From Octopus sinensis (lineage: Eukaryota), in contig NC_042998.1 of the NCBI RefSeq assembly GCF_006345805.1, positions 81,716,001-81,780,000 on the forward strand: a stretch of DNA of 64,000 nt. Reading direction: 5' to 3'. The notes under the pieces are model-generated. The model saw only the letters and a list, made by a program, of their open reading frames with translations, ran no database searches and was not told where the DNA came from. Numbering within the stretch: the stretch's first letter is position 1; each line of letters opens with the position of its first letter. Shown one piece after another: positions 26,665 through 39,777 of this stretch. The position numbers and the translations under genes were made by a program.

Positions 26665-28100
26665 TGTTTTTTCCTTCTTTCTTCAAATTTTCTTCCGTTT
26701 CTCGCCGAGTGTTTTCCATACACCTAGGTCAGAGAAAGGCATTGTATGTATTCCCAGATTACACGCGCCAATTCACGGATAAAATATGTATTTAAAAGTT
26801 AATAAATAAATAAATTCATGGATGGATGTTATTTTCACAGCGATAGTGCTCTTCTCAGTACATGAGCCGTTCCAGTTAATACGATTGTTTGCACTTCCTG
26901 TAGGGATGGTAAGCCTGGAATCATTTTCAAATAGGTTTCAGTACCTTTTTTTTTATCATTCCTAGAGATCCTACAATCACTGGTACTATAGTCGCCTTGA
27001 GATGCCACATTTTTTCAATTTCTATTAGCAGGTCTTTATATTTACTAATCTTGTCAAATTATTTCGCCGCTATATTGTGATCACAGGGAATACTCATGTC
27101 AATTAATAAACACATCCTTTTTGTCTGATCTTTTATAATGATATCCGGTTTATTGGCTTTTATAGTCCTGCTGGTCTGCACGGGGAAGTCCCATACAATC
27201 GACACATTTTCCCCCTCAGTCACAGCTTCAGGGTGGTGTTTATGCCATTTGTCAGTGGTTTTGATTTTATAATGCCGACATATTGTCCAGTGTAAATACT
27301 GGCCGACTCTGTCATGTCTTGCTTTATATTCTGCAGGTGCTAAGACTCTACACCCTGAGATTAGGTGGTCTATTGTTTCAATCTCATCGTTACAGAATCG
27401 GCATTTTCAGTCAGCTCCACTTTTCATCAAATAGCCTTGGTAGTTCCAGGTAAATAAGCTTTGGTCTTGAGCAGATAATATGAAACCTTCACTCTCTGCT
27501 TTTAGCCCTGAACTTCGTAACCATTGGTGCGTGTGTTTCTGGTCGACATCAGCTTGTTTGCTACGGGCCACACACTTGCCATGGAGAGGTTTCTGTTCCC
27601 ATCTGCTAGCTAAATTTTCAAGTGCTTTTGTCTTTGCAATTAATTTTATTTTCTTTGCAGCTGCAGTTGGCGCATTTCATTCAGCCTGCTCAATCTGGCG
27701 GGTATCTAAGAGATCAGCAGCGAATTTTTTGCTCTCTTTGAGAATAGAGTGAAGTTTTTTAGGTCTTTCATGCTTTTCAACAAGTTTTAGCATCCAATCG
27801 TTGGTTGTTTCAAGGTATTTGGCCAGTCCGATTGTGGTGGTTTTGTATGTAAGTTCAAGCTGGATGAAACCTCGACCTCCCTGACCTCTGGGAAGGTAAA
27901 GTCGATCCACGTCCGCCTTTAGATGGTGCATCTTATTACTAGTCAGTAGCTTGCGTATTTTCCTGTCAATTTTCATTATTTCACTGGTATTCCAGTTAAG
28001 CACATTGAAGCTAAGGAGAACAACTGGTACTGCTAAGGAATTTATGGCTAAAACCTTTTTATATGCATTCAGCTCAGACTTCAGGACTGCTCGGACTCTT
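26665..28100 (-). mobile_element. Second, 5'-truncated copy of R4/Dong-like family A
   Basis: Highly similar to 22453-23875; ends at a junction with a headless SINE B. Confidence 0.92.
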
Positions 28101-28625
28101 AGTGGTATTTCGTCTGCCGTTACGTACTGAGTTCGAATTCCGCCGAGGTCGACTTTGCCTTTCATCCTTTCGAGGTCGATAAATTAAGTACCAGTTACGC
28201 ACAGTGGTCGATGTAATCGACTTAATCCGTTTGTCTGTCCTTGTTTGTCCCCTCTGTGGGTAGCCCTTTGTGGGTAGTAAAGAAATAGGTATTTCGTCAG
28301 CCGCTACGTTCTGAGTTCAAATTCCGCCTAGGTCGACTTTGTCTTTCATCCTTGCGAAGTCGATGAAATGAATACCAGTTACGCACTGGGATCGATATAG
28401 TCGACTTCCTTCTCTTGTCTGTCCTTGTTTGTCCTCTCTGTGGTTAGTCTCTTGTGAGTAGTAAAGAAATAGGTATTTCTTCTGTCTCTACGTTCAAATT
28501 CTGCTGAGGTCGACTTTGCCTTTCATCCTTTCGGGGTCGATAAATTAAGTACCAGTTGCGTACAGGGCTCGATGTAATCGACTGGCCCCTTTCCCCAAAA
28601 TTTCAGACCTTGTGTCTAGAGGATA
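28098..28625 (+). mobile_element. SINE family B trimer lacking the 5' head
   Basis: Three ggtatttc...gtcgactttg...gtaccagtt units; the first two end in agtaaagaaata. Confidence 0.88.
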
Positions 28626-28671
28626 TTCTGTGTAATTCAAATGATCCTCCTCGTCACACACACACACACAC

Positions 28672-28725
<54 letters not shown>

Positions 28726-28732
28726 ACACACA

Positions 28733-28771
<39 letters not shown>

Positions 28772-29757
28772 AACACTGTCATTGATTTTATTTGGTAATT
28801 TTGTTAATATATTGACCCATTTTTAGTCTGCTACATAATAAATGAGTTGGTCAGGTGATCAAACAATTGAATACTGTGGTTATATTGAAATGCTGATTTA
28901 GTTATTGTTGGCCTGGTTCAGCCCTATGTCAACACTTATTCGGCTGACCTTTAATGAAAGATATTCTACACGTTACTAACCTTTCTCATTTTCAGCAAAC
29001 GTGTAACCGAGATTATATTACACAATGCATCAGTTTGAAGATCGTAGAATGTGTTTCTAGGAAATTAAGCTGCTAATTCTAGGAGGACAAGCAACAAAAC
29101 GAAGGCTTCCCCAAGGGTTTCTGCTGATTCAGAATCTCTGTGATGTTTCGTGCGTGATATTTTACAACATTGGCTAATTCTACTGAGGTGCCGGTTGAGT
29201 GGAAGTGATGAAGCTTGATACAACCGGGGATAGAGTGTTTATGCTTAAACCGATAACGGATATTATGTTATACTTATATTTAAATACATTAAATTTAGCT
29301 ATATTTAAGGTATAAGTTTGAGTGATTCAAATTTAATGACTCTATACAGTATAAGGATTAGGTAGTGGCAGTAATTTAGTGTCAGGGGAAACTCAGATGC
29401 AATATTACGGACTCGATTTAATGGTAAAGTTGTTATATGAAATGTTTGTAAATAAGCAAGAGTGAAAACTTGTGATGTTGTTCAATATACAATGATATAC
29501 AGGTGGTCGTGACCTTGTAGGATGTGGCTACACAGCATTTTTAAAGGTATATGGAACTCGACGATTAGTGAGAGAGTAGTGATGTGATGCGTGTCCTTGT
29601 ATAGTGAGTTAATAGGGAAGAATCCCTGTGGGATGGGATACTTAAAATTTTATAATGCATATAACACTTATATGAAGAGTGTTCTTTTACAGAAATCACT
29701 GTACTCAGTTATATGGCTGCGTTGTGGTTTTGTGTTAGGAGGGTAGGTAACACACAC

Positions 29758-29803
<46 letters not shown>

Positions 29804-30387
29804 CACATACACGCTCAGACACTATACAAGAGTGTAGGAGTATGTCTGCATGTGTGTATAAATTATAAGCGCAGGCGTATGTATGTGTGTGCGTGTAGAA
29901 TGCCATTGTTTCATTGAAGAGATTGTGTGCTTTCGCATACGATATATATTGATGATAACAAGTTGATGACTGAATTCAAAATTATGAGAGCTAACTTTTC
30001 ATTTCATCTTTTCACAGTTGAATGTATCGACTACTCCCCATCACCTCAAACTCTCTGGCCTTATGCTTAAATCAGAAACCATTCTAAGGAAGGTCTGGAT
30101 ATTTAGTCGGAATATTAAAGTATGATAATACGGTGGCAAGCTAGCATAATCATTAGCACGAAAGGTAAAACGCTTAACGGCATTTCGTCCGTCTTGACGT
30201 TCTGTGTTTGAATGTCACTGAGGATATTCATCACTAGAATCTATGTATTCGACTTATCCCACCTCCGAATATGCTAAGGCTGTGCCAAAATTTGAAATCA
30301 ATATTAATGTATGATAATATACTGCATATAATAGTTGTACATGACCCGTATTGCAACGAACAAGTTACAAAACAGAATACTGAAATA

Positions 30388-30532
30388 CTGAGGTCGACTT
30401 TGCCTTTCATCCTTTCGGGGTCGATAAATTAAGTACCAGTTGCGTACAGGGCTCGATGTAATCGACTGGCCTCTTTCCCCAAAATTTCAGACCTTGTGTC
30501 TAGAGGATATTCTGTGTAATTCAAATCATCCT
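30388..30532 (+). repeat. Local duplicate of 28503-28650 (SINE B end + unique flank)
   Basis: Shared private variants (cagggctcgatg, gtgtctagaggatattctgtgtaattcaaat). Confidence 0.88.
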
Positions 30533-32125
30533 TATGAGTCCAACAAACTATAACAAGTAGAGAGTTATACATACTAAATATCGTTGATACGCGGATGAGA
30601 TGATTGAATATGTGTGAAAAAAAATCAATCTAAACCATGTAAATTGGTTAAATCTCCATCGTGTTACAGAGCGTGTTTGGGTGCGTGACAAACTTTGCGA
30701 TCGGTGACAGCGGTTGGAGGTCTGATTACGTCGCCTCCGGTGCTTGACTGGTATTTAATTTATCGATTCCGTAAGTATGAAAGGTGAAGTTCACTCCGAT
30801 CGCATTTTGAATCAGGACGTAAAGAGCCAAAAGAAATGCCGCTAAGCATTTTCTTCGGTGAAGAAATGATTTTACCAGATCGCCGAGATTCTTTCTAATT
30901 TGGGTACAGATCAAGCGGTTTTTGACGATAGGGCATGTACTTGGCTGGTACTTTGTTTTATAGACACCAAAAACTGATCAATAGCAAAATTAACTTCGGA
31001 TTTTGAGTCAGAATAAAGCAGTCTGCCCGTCACTGTAATGATTCTAATTGGTTTCACACTTGACTGAATGTAATAATAATAATCAGTTTATATTTCTTTT
31101 ATGGAGGTAATACTTACAGAAAGATACGAGATATGATATTTGCCTATATGAAATAGTAGCCAAAAGTTTGGACACCTACATGCATAGTTTTTGCTTAATT
31201 TTCATCCTGCTTGGTTCTGACTCATAATTGCTGTAGTATACTCAAATAATAATACTTTCTTTATTCTTATATTTCTCATATTTCAATCCATAGACTGGAA
31301 ATCTTCATTCCATCGTATCATGTCGCTTTATTCCAGTATTTCAATATTCTGTTTTGTAACTTTATCTTCCTTTGCATATAAAATGTTTTTTTCCCAAAAG
31401 AACATTCCCTTACATTCTATATTCTGTATATTTTGCGTTTCGTCCACTTTAAGCAAATCTGCATTTTTCAAATATGTCACATAAGCTTACTTAAACTTTC
31501 ACGGTATTTCTATAATCTATTCCAATTCTCAATTAAGCTGATGTAATGATCGATCAGCTAACCTGCTCGCCTGCTTTCTTTTCTTCGCAGTTATCATTGA
31601 TTCACAGACTTTAATGCTGTTTGACCCAGATTTAAAGTTACTCGGCCCAAAAAATTATGGATTTTCTTCGCTTAAACTGCTTCCCACCGGATGGCTTAAA
31701 CTGCTTCCCACCGGAATACGTGTCACTCCTACAAAAGGAGTTAGGATGTGTAAAAAGGACGGCAAGCAAAATTATATCACAAAGGGCCTATAGAAGCTCG
31801 ACTGTGGCTGGAAAGAAAGTTGTATATTAACTTCTGTGAAATAAGGTTAAGGGAAGGGTAAAAACCTATGCTACCAAATTTATTTATATATATTTAATTG
31901 TTTATATCTAAAACATTTCATTTTTTAAAGCGTTATGAATACCTAAGCGTCATATTCATAAAACCAGGTGCATTCAGTGCTCCGAAACCCTTACAGTTCT
32001 TCGGTCTGAAATTTTCCTCGGCTTTGCAGAGTGGATTTTTCAGTCAAAAGCCCGGCGTAAGAAAATCTTTGCACCCTAGGGAGAAATTTTTTTTATACCT
32101 TTCTATGCCATTATTTGTCTTGACT

Positions 32126-32342
32126 AAGGCGGTGAGCTGGCAGAATCGTTAGCACGCCGGGCGAAATGCTTCGCTGTATTTCGTCTGTCTTTACGTTCTG
32201 AGTTCAAATTCCGCCAAGGTAGACTTTGCCTTTCATCTTTTCGGGGTCGATAAGTTAAGTAACAATTGCTTACTGGAGTCGATCTAATGGACTGCCCCCA
32301 CTCCCCAAAAATTTCAGGTATTGTGCCTAGAGTAGAAAAGAT
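32126..32342 (+). mobile_element. SINE family B monomer with ~16-bp TSD
   Basis: attatttgt(c/t)ttgact on both sides. Confidence 0.9.
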
Positions 32343-33689
32343 TATTTGTTTTGACTGTTGAATGGCCGAAGTTCTGCGGAAATTTTTCATTTTCATTCTT
32401 GAATATCATTTTCCACACTGTTTCTCTTTTTTACCGAATCTTCTCCACTTGTCAAACATACAACTTATGGCAAAAATTCGTAAAAACTAAAATGAAGGAA
32501 TGGAGAATTAAAAAGAAAATGAAATATTGGGAAGTTTTTTAATTTTTATTTTTGTATTTTTGTTTTTCGTAATATCTTAAACGTTGAAAATAAACATCTG
32601 ACGAAATTGTCGAAAAATGTCGATAAACAGACAAGTTACAGACAGTTCCGTTGTGTACATCGATCCGCTGTATTCGGTATTAGTAATTATATAATGATAT
32701 TTTCATGATATTGGTAACTTGAAAATCTTTTGCTTTTAAATTTTAGATATTTCTTACCATCATGATCAAGGGAGAATTCAATGGAAATAATTCGAATAAT
32801 TCACCCAGTCTAATAAATATAGAAATGTGAGAAAGTGACACCAATGTCATCCGAATGGATTTATTCCTCTACATGTATACAGATCGGTGAACTACTTGTC
32901 TTTTTCCTGAAAATATCACATGAAGCTATGATTTCATAGCACTTAAAAGCCCACATTTCCAGAAAGCACTGAAAACAGAGTGCATTTGATATGCGTCATT
33001 TACATATGTAAATAGGACACCCTAGTGACGAATTTTAAAATATCTATATCTAGAAGAATGCCCGTGATAATGATTTCAGAAACTGATGTATTTATAAGAC
33101 CAGTTTCAATTTTGTGTAGCTTTCCACATTTAGTTATTAGCTATGATATCCTATGAGAAGTTTTGGACTATATTTTGTTTCATCTAGTTAGTAACACTTT
33201 AATCAAGCCTGAAATTTTGATTCAAAATCCTCCTTCAATTGTTGTAAATGTATGCAGTAACTCCTTAGATTATTGAAAGCGGATACAAAAGGAGAATTAA
33301 TTGTTGTGGTTTTATAAAGTTATCTTGAAGATAGAAATATTCCCTTTAGCAAAGTTTTGTCGGGCGAAACTAATGATGAACCATATAAGCTAGTCAGATG
33401 TCATATATGAAAAAAGTAGTGCCTGATATCTCTACAATTCACTGTAAAATTTATGAGAATACTTCGTTAAAAGTCTTAATGAGTAGCTTCCTTGTAATCT
33501 CACCTTGGGAATATTTACTGTTAAAATCAAATGTTCGGACCATAGATACTAGGTTGTTCTGTAAATGTGTTTAAGAAATTAATGGAGATTTTGAAATACT
33601 AATCCTCCTCAATAAAATGACAAGGCCATCCAAAGGACCTTTTTGCAAGGCTTCTTCCAGCTTTCCCACTATTTAAATTAATTTTTATT

Positions 33690-34250
33690 TATAAATCTTG
33701 ATAACATCGGAACTGGAAGCAATCCAGCGAAGCTTTACAAAGAAGATCGTCTCTTTGCAACAGCTCAGCTACTAGTAAAGGCTGAAACAGCTAAGACTCT
33801 ACTCCCTAGAGCAAAGGCGGGAGAGGTATGCAGTAATATACATCTGGAAGGAATTGTGCTAAATTTTGGCATTGAAAGCTACACCAATGCCAGAACGTGT
33901 CGACACTGCACAGTGCCAAAAATCCTAGCAATGCCATCGCGCTTCAGGACCAGTTACTGCAACAGCCAGGGTTTCAGGGGCCCACAGCTTTTTAATATTC
34001 TCTCAAGGAACCTGAGGAACCTGTACAAAGTAGATGTAGGCGTTTTTAAATCGAGGCTGGACGTCTTTCTGTTGAGTGTCCCGGACGAACCTACCTCACG
34101 GCAAGAGGTGTAAATGAGGATAGCTACATCAAACTCCATTCTACACCAAGTGCCACATATTAGAGGAGGTTCTCAGTAATAACAGTGAAGCAAAACGGCG
34201 GTGATCCAGCATGGCCACAGCTCTGAGCTGAAATTCCCAAACAAAAAAAG
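33690..34250 (+). mobile_element. CR1-like LINE 3' fragment
   Basis: Decayed ELEAIQRSFTKKI...LRLYSLEQRRER and GPQLFN...FKSRLD...VPDEP; tail ggcggtgatccagcatggccacagctc...gctgaaa. Confidence 0.8.
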
Positions 34251-34544
34251 AAAGACCAACTTCCAAATGCCATTTACTTTATTGTTAGACTTGTGACTTA
34301 ATTAACAGATATATATGTTGCAAAATGAAAGGTCAGAGATTGAAAATGCAACAAAAAAACTCTATACATTTAGAAGTAGAATTTAACTGCATCAGCAACA
34401 CATTGACAGGAGTTTTAACAGTCTTCTTTAGTGAAAAGACTGTTACAATTTCATTTATGTGTTTGGTTTCCAAGATTCTAGATATGAAGTTGTGTATTAA
34501 AACAAATTTTGTTGTATCATGGGAGAGTCATTACACCATCAATA

Positions 34545-34750
34545 ATGGCTTCAAATTTTGGCACAGAGCCAGCAATTTCAGTGGAGAGATAAGTCGATTT
34601 CATTGATCTCAGTAATCACCTGGTACTTATTTTATCGACCTCGGAAGGATGTAAAGCAAAGTCAACCTCGGCGAAATTTAAACTCAGAACGTAACGTCGG
34701 TTGAGATGCCACTAAGCATTTTATCCGGCGTGCTAACCATTTTGCCAGTC
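34545..34750 (-). mobile_element. SINE family B, diverged
   Basis: tggtacttattttatcgacctcggaaggatg...ggcgtgctaac. Confidence 0.8.
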
Positions 34751-34959
34751 AACAGCATTATTTCTACGCCAATATTCATAATACACGCACAGGTTCAGTT
34801 CCACTTCTTTATTCTTAGCCAAATAGTTATACAATAATCTGAGGGCTGGCTGTGAATTACACCAACTGAATGAGGATTTTGAGACGAAATTTCATGGCTT
34901 GAATAAAGTTACTATTCCTAACCAAATAAAACCTATTTGTGACCCCCAAAAAGCAGAAA

Positions 34960-34974
34960 ATAATAACAACAACG

Positions 34975-35008
<34 letters not shown>

Positions 35009-35016
35009 AAACAATG

Positions 35017-35053
<37 letters not shown>

Positions 35054-35071
35054 TAATAATGATAATAATGA

Positions 35072-35102
<31 letters not shown>

Positions 35103-35164
35103 AAGAAGAAGAAAAAAATAATAACAATAATAATAATAATATAATAATAATAATAATAATAATA
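34960..35164. repeat. (AAC)n/(AAT)n/(AAG)n microsatellite
   Basis: Directly visible. Confidence 0.95.
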
Positions 35165-36555
35165 AAACAGAGCTCCGAAATCTATCCACAAACATCGAAA
35201 GCAAGGACATCGTATGGAGCCAAAGATTTACAAACAAAAGATTGGACTGTATCCGAGTAAGTAATACTCATTGAAATTTATTACTATTTTCGAAACGAAA
35301 TGATGTATTTTGACTCGATATCATCTCCACCTCTAACACAACACATGTAAACATGCGTGGAAACATTATGATCCATCAACACCAGATCATCCCCGACCCC
35401 AAACACCATGTACAAAGGAAATACGAAGAAATTAAATACCACCGATATTATTCAACCCAAGAATAACAATCGGGAGGTAGGTACTTTAAACTTACAACAC
35501 AAAATGTACGAAAAACTACACGTGAAAACCAATGTGACAACAGAAATGAACGGGCCGGTACCCTACGACCGTCAAAGTAATGGGCCAGACGTTGTTCCTC
35601 ATGTCCCGCAAATAAAACCCAAAAGACATAAACGGACACGTGAGGAATACATTTCTATCCTACACGTATACTTCACAGCAGTGCTCTACCCAAAGAATGA
35701 AAACACAACAACACATACATATAAAACAGGGAAGGAAATTAACATAAATATAGACTTGGATACAGCAATGAACCCTAATAAACTAGCTAACGTGCGAAGA
35801 TACATTCTCAACGCAAAAAAAAAAAAAAATATCAGAAATAGAAATAGAACATCTAAAAGAAAAAATACACCAGCAAAATGTAGATAGAAGCCACACAACA
35901 ATGCCCAATAATATAAACACTGAAACAGTAAAACACGAAGACAAACGTAACATTCCCAACAAACACGATGTAAACAAAAAACAACAAACCCAGACTGTAA
36001 GGATGCATAATAATACACGACAAACAGCAAGCCAAAATACGGCAAACAAACATAAATAAGAAAGAAAGCGGCACAAATCTAAAATCTGGAAATAACGAAG
36101 GGGAGCCTAATGATTATGATACTATAAAAAGTAGAATAATCAAAGAACTGAAAAACACAGATCTCAAGATGGACCACCGACCATAACTCCCAAAAATCAA
36201 AATAGACGAAACAACAACACCAATTATAAACAGCATAAACCTAGCCGTCACGGAACTAATAGCCACTGAAACAAAAAGCGATATCACTGAGCTAAATGAC
36301 TTAGTATACGCAGCACCCACTGCAGCCACAAAAGAAGCTGGATACTCACTCAAACCCATCCAAACAGGAGTACCATCACCCAAACAAACCCTTTGGATAA
36401 ATAACATCCAAAACAAAATACAAAAAATGAGAAAAGATCTGTCGATTATTAATGAAATCAGTAGACAATCAATGCTACTGAGCAACAAGAAGAAAACAAA
36501 AATACTCCGCAAATATAACATATGATAACATCTGCTCAACATAACCCCATAATTC
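35165..36555 (+). mobile_element. 5' portion of an R4/Dong-like LINE, decayed
   Basis: KRTREEY...YF, NKLANVRRYIL and LNDLVYAA resemble the N-terminal region of the 22453-26220 element; starts right after (AAT)n. Confidence 0.7.
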
Positions 36556-36557
36556 TC

Positions 36558-39500
36558 TAATGCAAGGACAGTTTCGTCGCTCTGCGCGTCTCGGGAAAGT
36601 CCGTCTGATAGCACTTCCGTGCCTGTAGAGTTTATCTCGAACCGTCTGTGCCCCCCACCCCGGTAGCACTGCCAAGCTAGGGATTTCTGGAAGTTATCGA
36701 TTGTTCCTGGCTAGAAAGTCCTCCAAGTGCGTCATCGCTCTTTCACCTACTAACCTACTATAAAACTCAAGAGTGGATGTTCTACTGATCACATTGCCCG
36801 ACTGGTAGAGAGAAGTGAGTGCCTGGCAACACATGTCTACAGTGACGCATTAGGAAAATCTCGCCGGTATCTGTCAGACAGTTAGAACTGGCTGATCAGG
36901 TGCTTGAGGCTTTTGCACCCCACCTCTTCTATCAGCTACTCCCACACAATCCCAGCGTTGCTCTAATATTCCGTTCACTCCTCTACTAACAGTAAAAGAG
37001 GAGACGTACCTAGAAAGGCTTCCAGACGCCTAAAGAAATCCGACCGTTTGGCTCCGGTAGGGACGTAGACGGCTACCAGTCTAAAGACACTACTTTGATT
37101 ATTGCTCATGCCCAGGACCAACAGCTTCCCGTCCGGATCCCTGAAGATCGTCCTTACCGCGAGATCCAGTTCTTTCCTAATCAGCACTGCCACTCCACAT
37201 CCCATTCCCGACCGACTAACATGCAAAGATCTGATAGTCGTCGAATATAGGGGCTATTACGCGTGTACTGGAAATTTTTGTCTCCCTGACAGTCATTATA
37301 CCCAATTCTAAGGATCTGAGCTTGTTGAGCTGGCGCCCTTGCTTCCAGGGTAACTCCAGGCCTCGAACATTTAAAAATCCTACTCTTAATATGGTCATTT
37401 TGGCAAGGTAAATAGAGGAGGGAAATGCATACTTACTTCCCAATTCCTTATGAAGGTCGGGTGGTTCGACTTCCATAATTAGTGGTGTTTGTTTTTTGGC
37501 GGGTGATCCCTTTAAGAGCCTCGATTTGGGTCTCACATTCGGGGTTCCCACGTCTTCAGGAAAGGTCTTTTGAATTTTTGTGTAGGAATCGAGAGACATT
37601 CGCACCAGAAGTAAATCTTCTTAACGTGATTTTTGCTCGATTCAAATATCACTCTCCTTGTTTCGAATTCAATGTTTTGTGTTACGAGGGCCATTAGTTC
37701 CGCGTTGTCCCTTATGATGAGTACGAAGCTAGATGTTTTGTGTTGTGTTTAATTTATTTGCTTGACTGTAGTGGTGATGGTCTTGTTGTTGTTTCTGTTC
37801 TGCCTGTGTGTGCTGTGAGTGTGGTGTCTGCAGTTTTAGATGTTTGTGTGCGTGTTTGTTCTTTTGTCTGTTTAGGTTGTTTGCATTTGGGAGATTCTGG
37901 TGATAGTGTTGGTGTTGGTGTTTTAGGGGAAATGTTTGTGTGAGTGGTGTCTGTATTTTTATTGTGGGTGTTGTTATGCTTTCTGGAGATTTTCTTTTGT
38001 CCATTGTTTTTTTTTTTGACCTTTTGATTTTTCTTTGTCTTCAGTACTGGAAGATAAGGGATCTTTTGTTGTAAGAGTGACTGTGTCTGCGCGGATATTT
38101 ATAGTCTTGTTTGTGTGTGTATTATTTTTTTCTGGCGTGAGGAGTGGTAGAGCTTTTCTTGTTTCCCCCTTGGCTGGCTTATGTCTTTGGTGTTGTTGCT
38201 GGTGATTTTGACGGTACTGGTATTGATCGTGGTCCTCGTCCCGACGTAGGCAGCAGTAAAGGCCGTCAACCCCTTGCACTTTGTACCAGTTGGAGCAGTA
38301 GGCTCGCAAATGAGTCGTTTCTCCACACGCAAAACAATGCGGCCTTTTTCTCTCAGTTATGATGTGTATCATTTTCCCGTTCTGGAAGCAGATGTGTTCA
38401 GAGTTATTTTTATGCTTTCGGGTTTGACCTGGAGCAGTATCTCCAGGTCAACCCCGGACCAATCCTCCCTGGCAGTTCTTGTCGCCTTTATCGGGACAGT
38501 ATCCGTCCCCTCTACGATTATACATCCCAGAAGCCACCACATATTTAGTCCTGGTGGGATTCTAAGAATTCGGGCACGAGCTGTAGATTTTCACGTGTGG
38601 GAGGGATACATAAATAATGATACTGGTTTTACAGGGGGTCATGGAATGTTTCGTAGCGAGGGCTTCTGACTTAAACAGCACCGAAAGGGTGCCGTATTGT
38701 TTACCCTTTGCTATGTATTCGATGTCATTTCTGATGCACCTCAGCACCGCCTCAGTAACTAATTGGGCTATTAAATCCGCCCTTTTCGTGTCTACAGAGA
38801 TGCATCTGAAAAGCTTCGTTCTTCTCTCCAATGTTTCAGTTGCCTCTGACGGAATTGTCTGATTGGGTAAAGTCTTCTCTTGTTTTATTAGTTTTCATGC
38901 CTGTGTTAGCATCTGGTACCTATTTAATAGGCCCACGGTAATGCGTTGTTTGTTCATCGCTTCTGCGTACATGCTTTTCTTATTGGTACTGTTTTTTTTG
39001 TTGTTGTCGATGTTGCTGTTATTGTTGCTGCTGCCGTTGTTGTTGTTGTCATTGTTCTTGTCGATGTTGTTGGCACTGATTGTTGTTGTCGTTGTTGTCA
39101 ATTTTGCTCTCGTTCTTGCACTTGTTGCTATCATTACTGCTGCGGTTGTTGTTGTCCTTTTTGTGGTTGTTGTTGCTGTCACCACTACTACTGCTACGGC
39201 TGACGCTGTTGTCTTTACTTCTGCTTTTGCTTTTTGTACTACTATTGTTCTTGCTGTTCGATGGACTTTGCCCTGTGACAGCCTTGTTGACAGCTCCCCT
39301 CCTACCATTCCCCTGTATTGTTGCCCGTAACAGAGGAAAGGGGAGGGAAATATTCAGCAGTTACCATATTCGTAGGAGGGTTCTTTTTTTTCTCAACTCT
39401 TTCAAGACGCACTCCACCATTTTCTTGAGTTCTATTTAATTCAATTAAATTAACATCCACCGAAATTATTTGGTGGGCCATATGTCGCCTCTCTGGGGGT

Positions 39501-39640
39501 TAACCAACCATAGAAAACCAGTATCAAGATCCTGGTGTTCTATTCACAACTTAGAATAAAATAGTTATTGCAAAATGGCATCAATATTTTGAACTGAACT
39601 TACTAGGAGCGTTCGAAAACATTTCCGATGTTTCCCGCAG
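36558..39640 (-). mobile_element. Decayed, internally deleted Tx1/L1-clade LINE (ORF1, APE and C-terminal remnant; RT missing)
   Basis: ORF1 pieces (EYIAKGKQYGTLSVLF; CFACGETTHLRAYC) and APE pieces (GFLNVRGL, GVAVLIRK, VAVYVP) are homologous to the 40793 element; 36560-36780 matches the ORF2 C-terminus. Confidence 0.85.
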
Positions 39641-39687
39641 CAAATATAATAATAATGATGATGATGATAATAATAATAATAATAATA

Positions 39688-39732
<45 letters not shown>

Positions 39733-39777
39733 TAATAATAATAATAATGATAAGAAGAAGAACAACAATCATAATAA

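Noticed and set aside
27677-28165. Chimeric SINE-LINE ORF of 162 aa
   Set aside because: Chance read-through across a SINE/LINE junction.
31150-31720. Possible Tc1-like TIR (ccaaaagtttggacacc) and a 24-bp tandem duplication at ~31670
   Set aside because: No matching second TIR or convincing transposase motif found; the duplication is unremarkable.
32595-32630. CTGACGA...GAAA...GTC hammerhead-like string
   Set aside because: The helices do not pair; likely a chance match.
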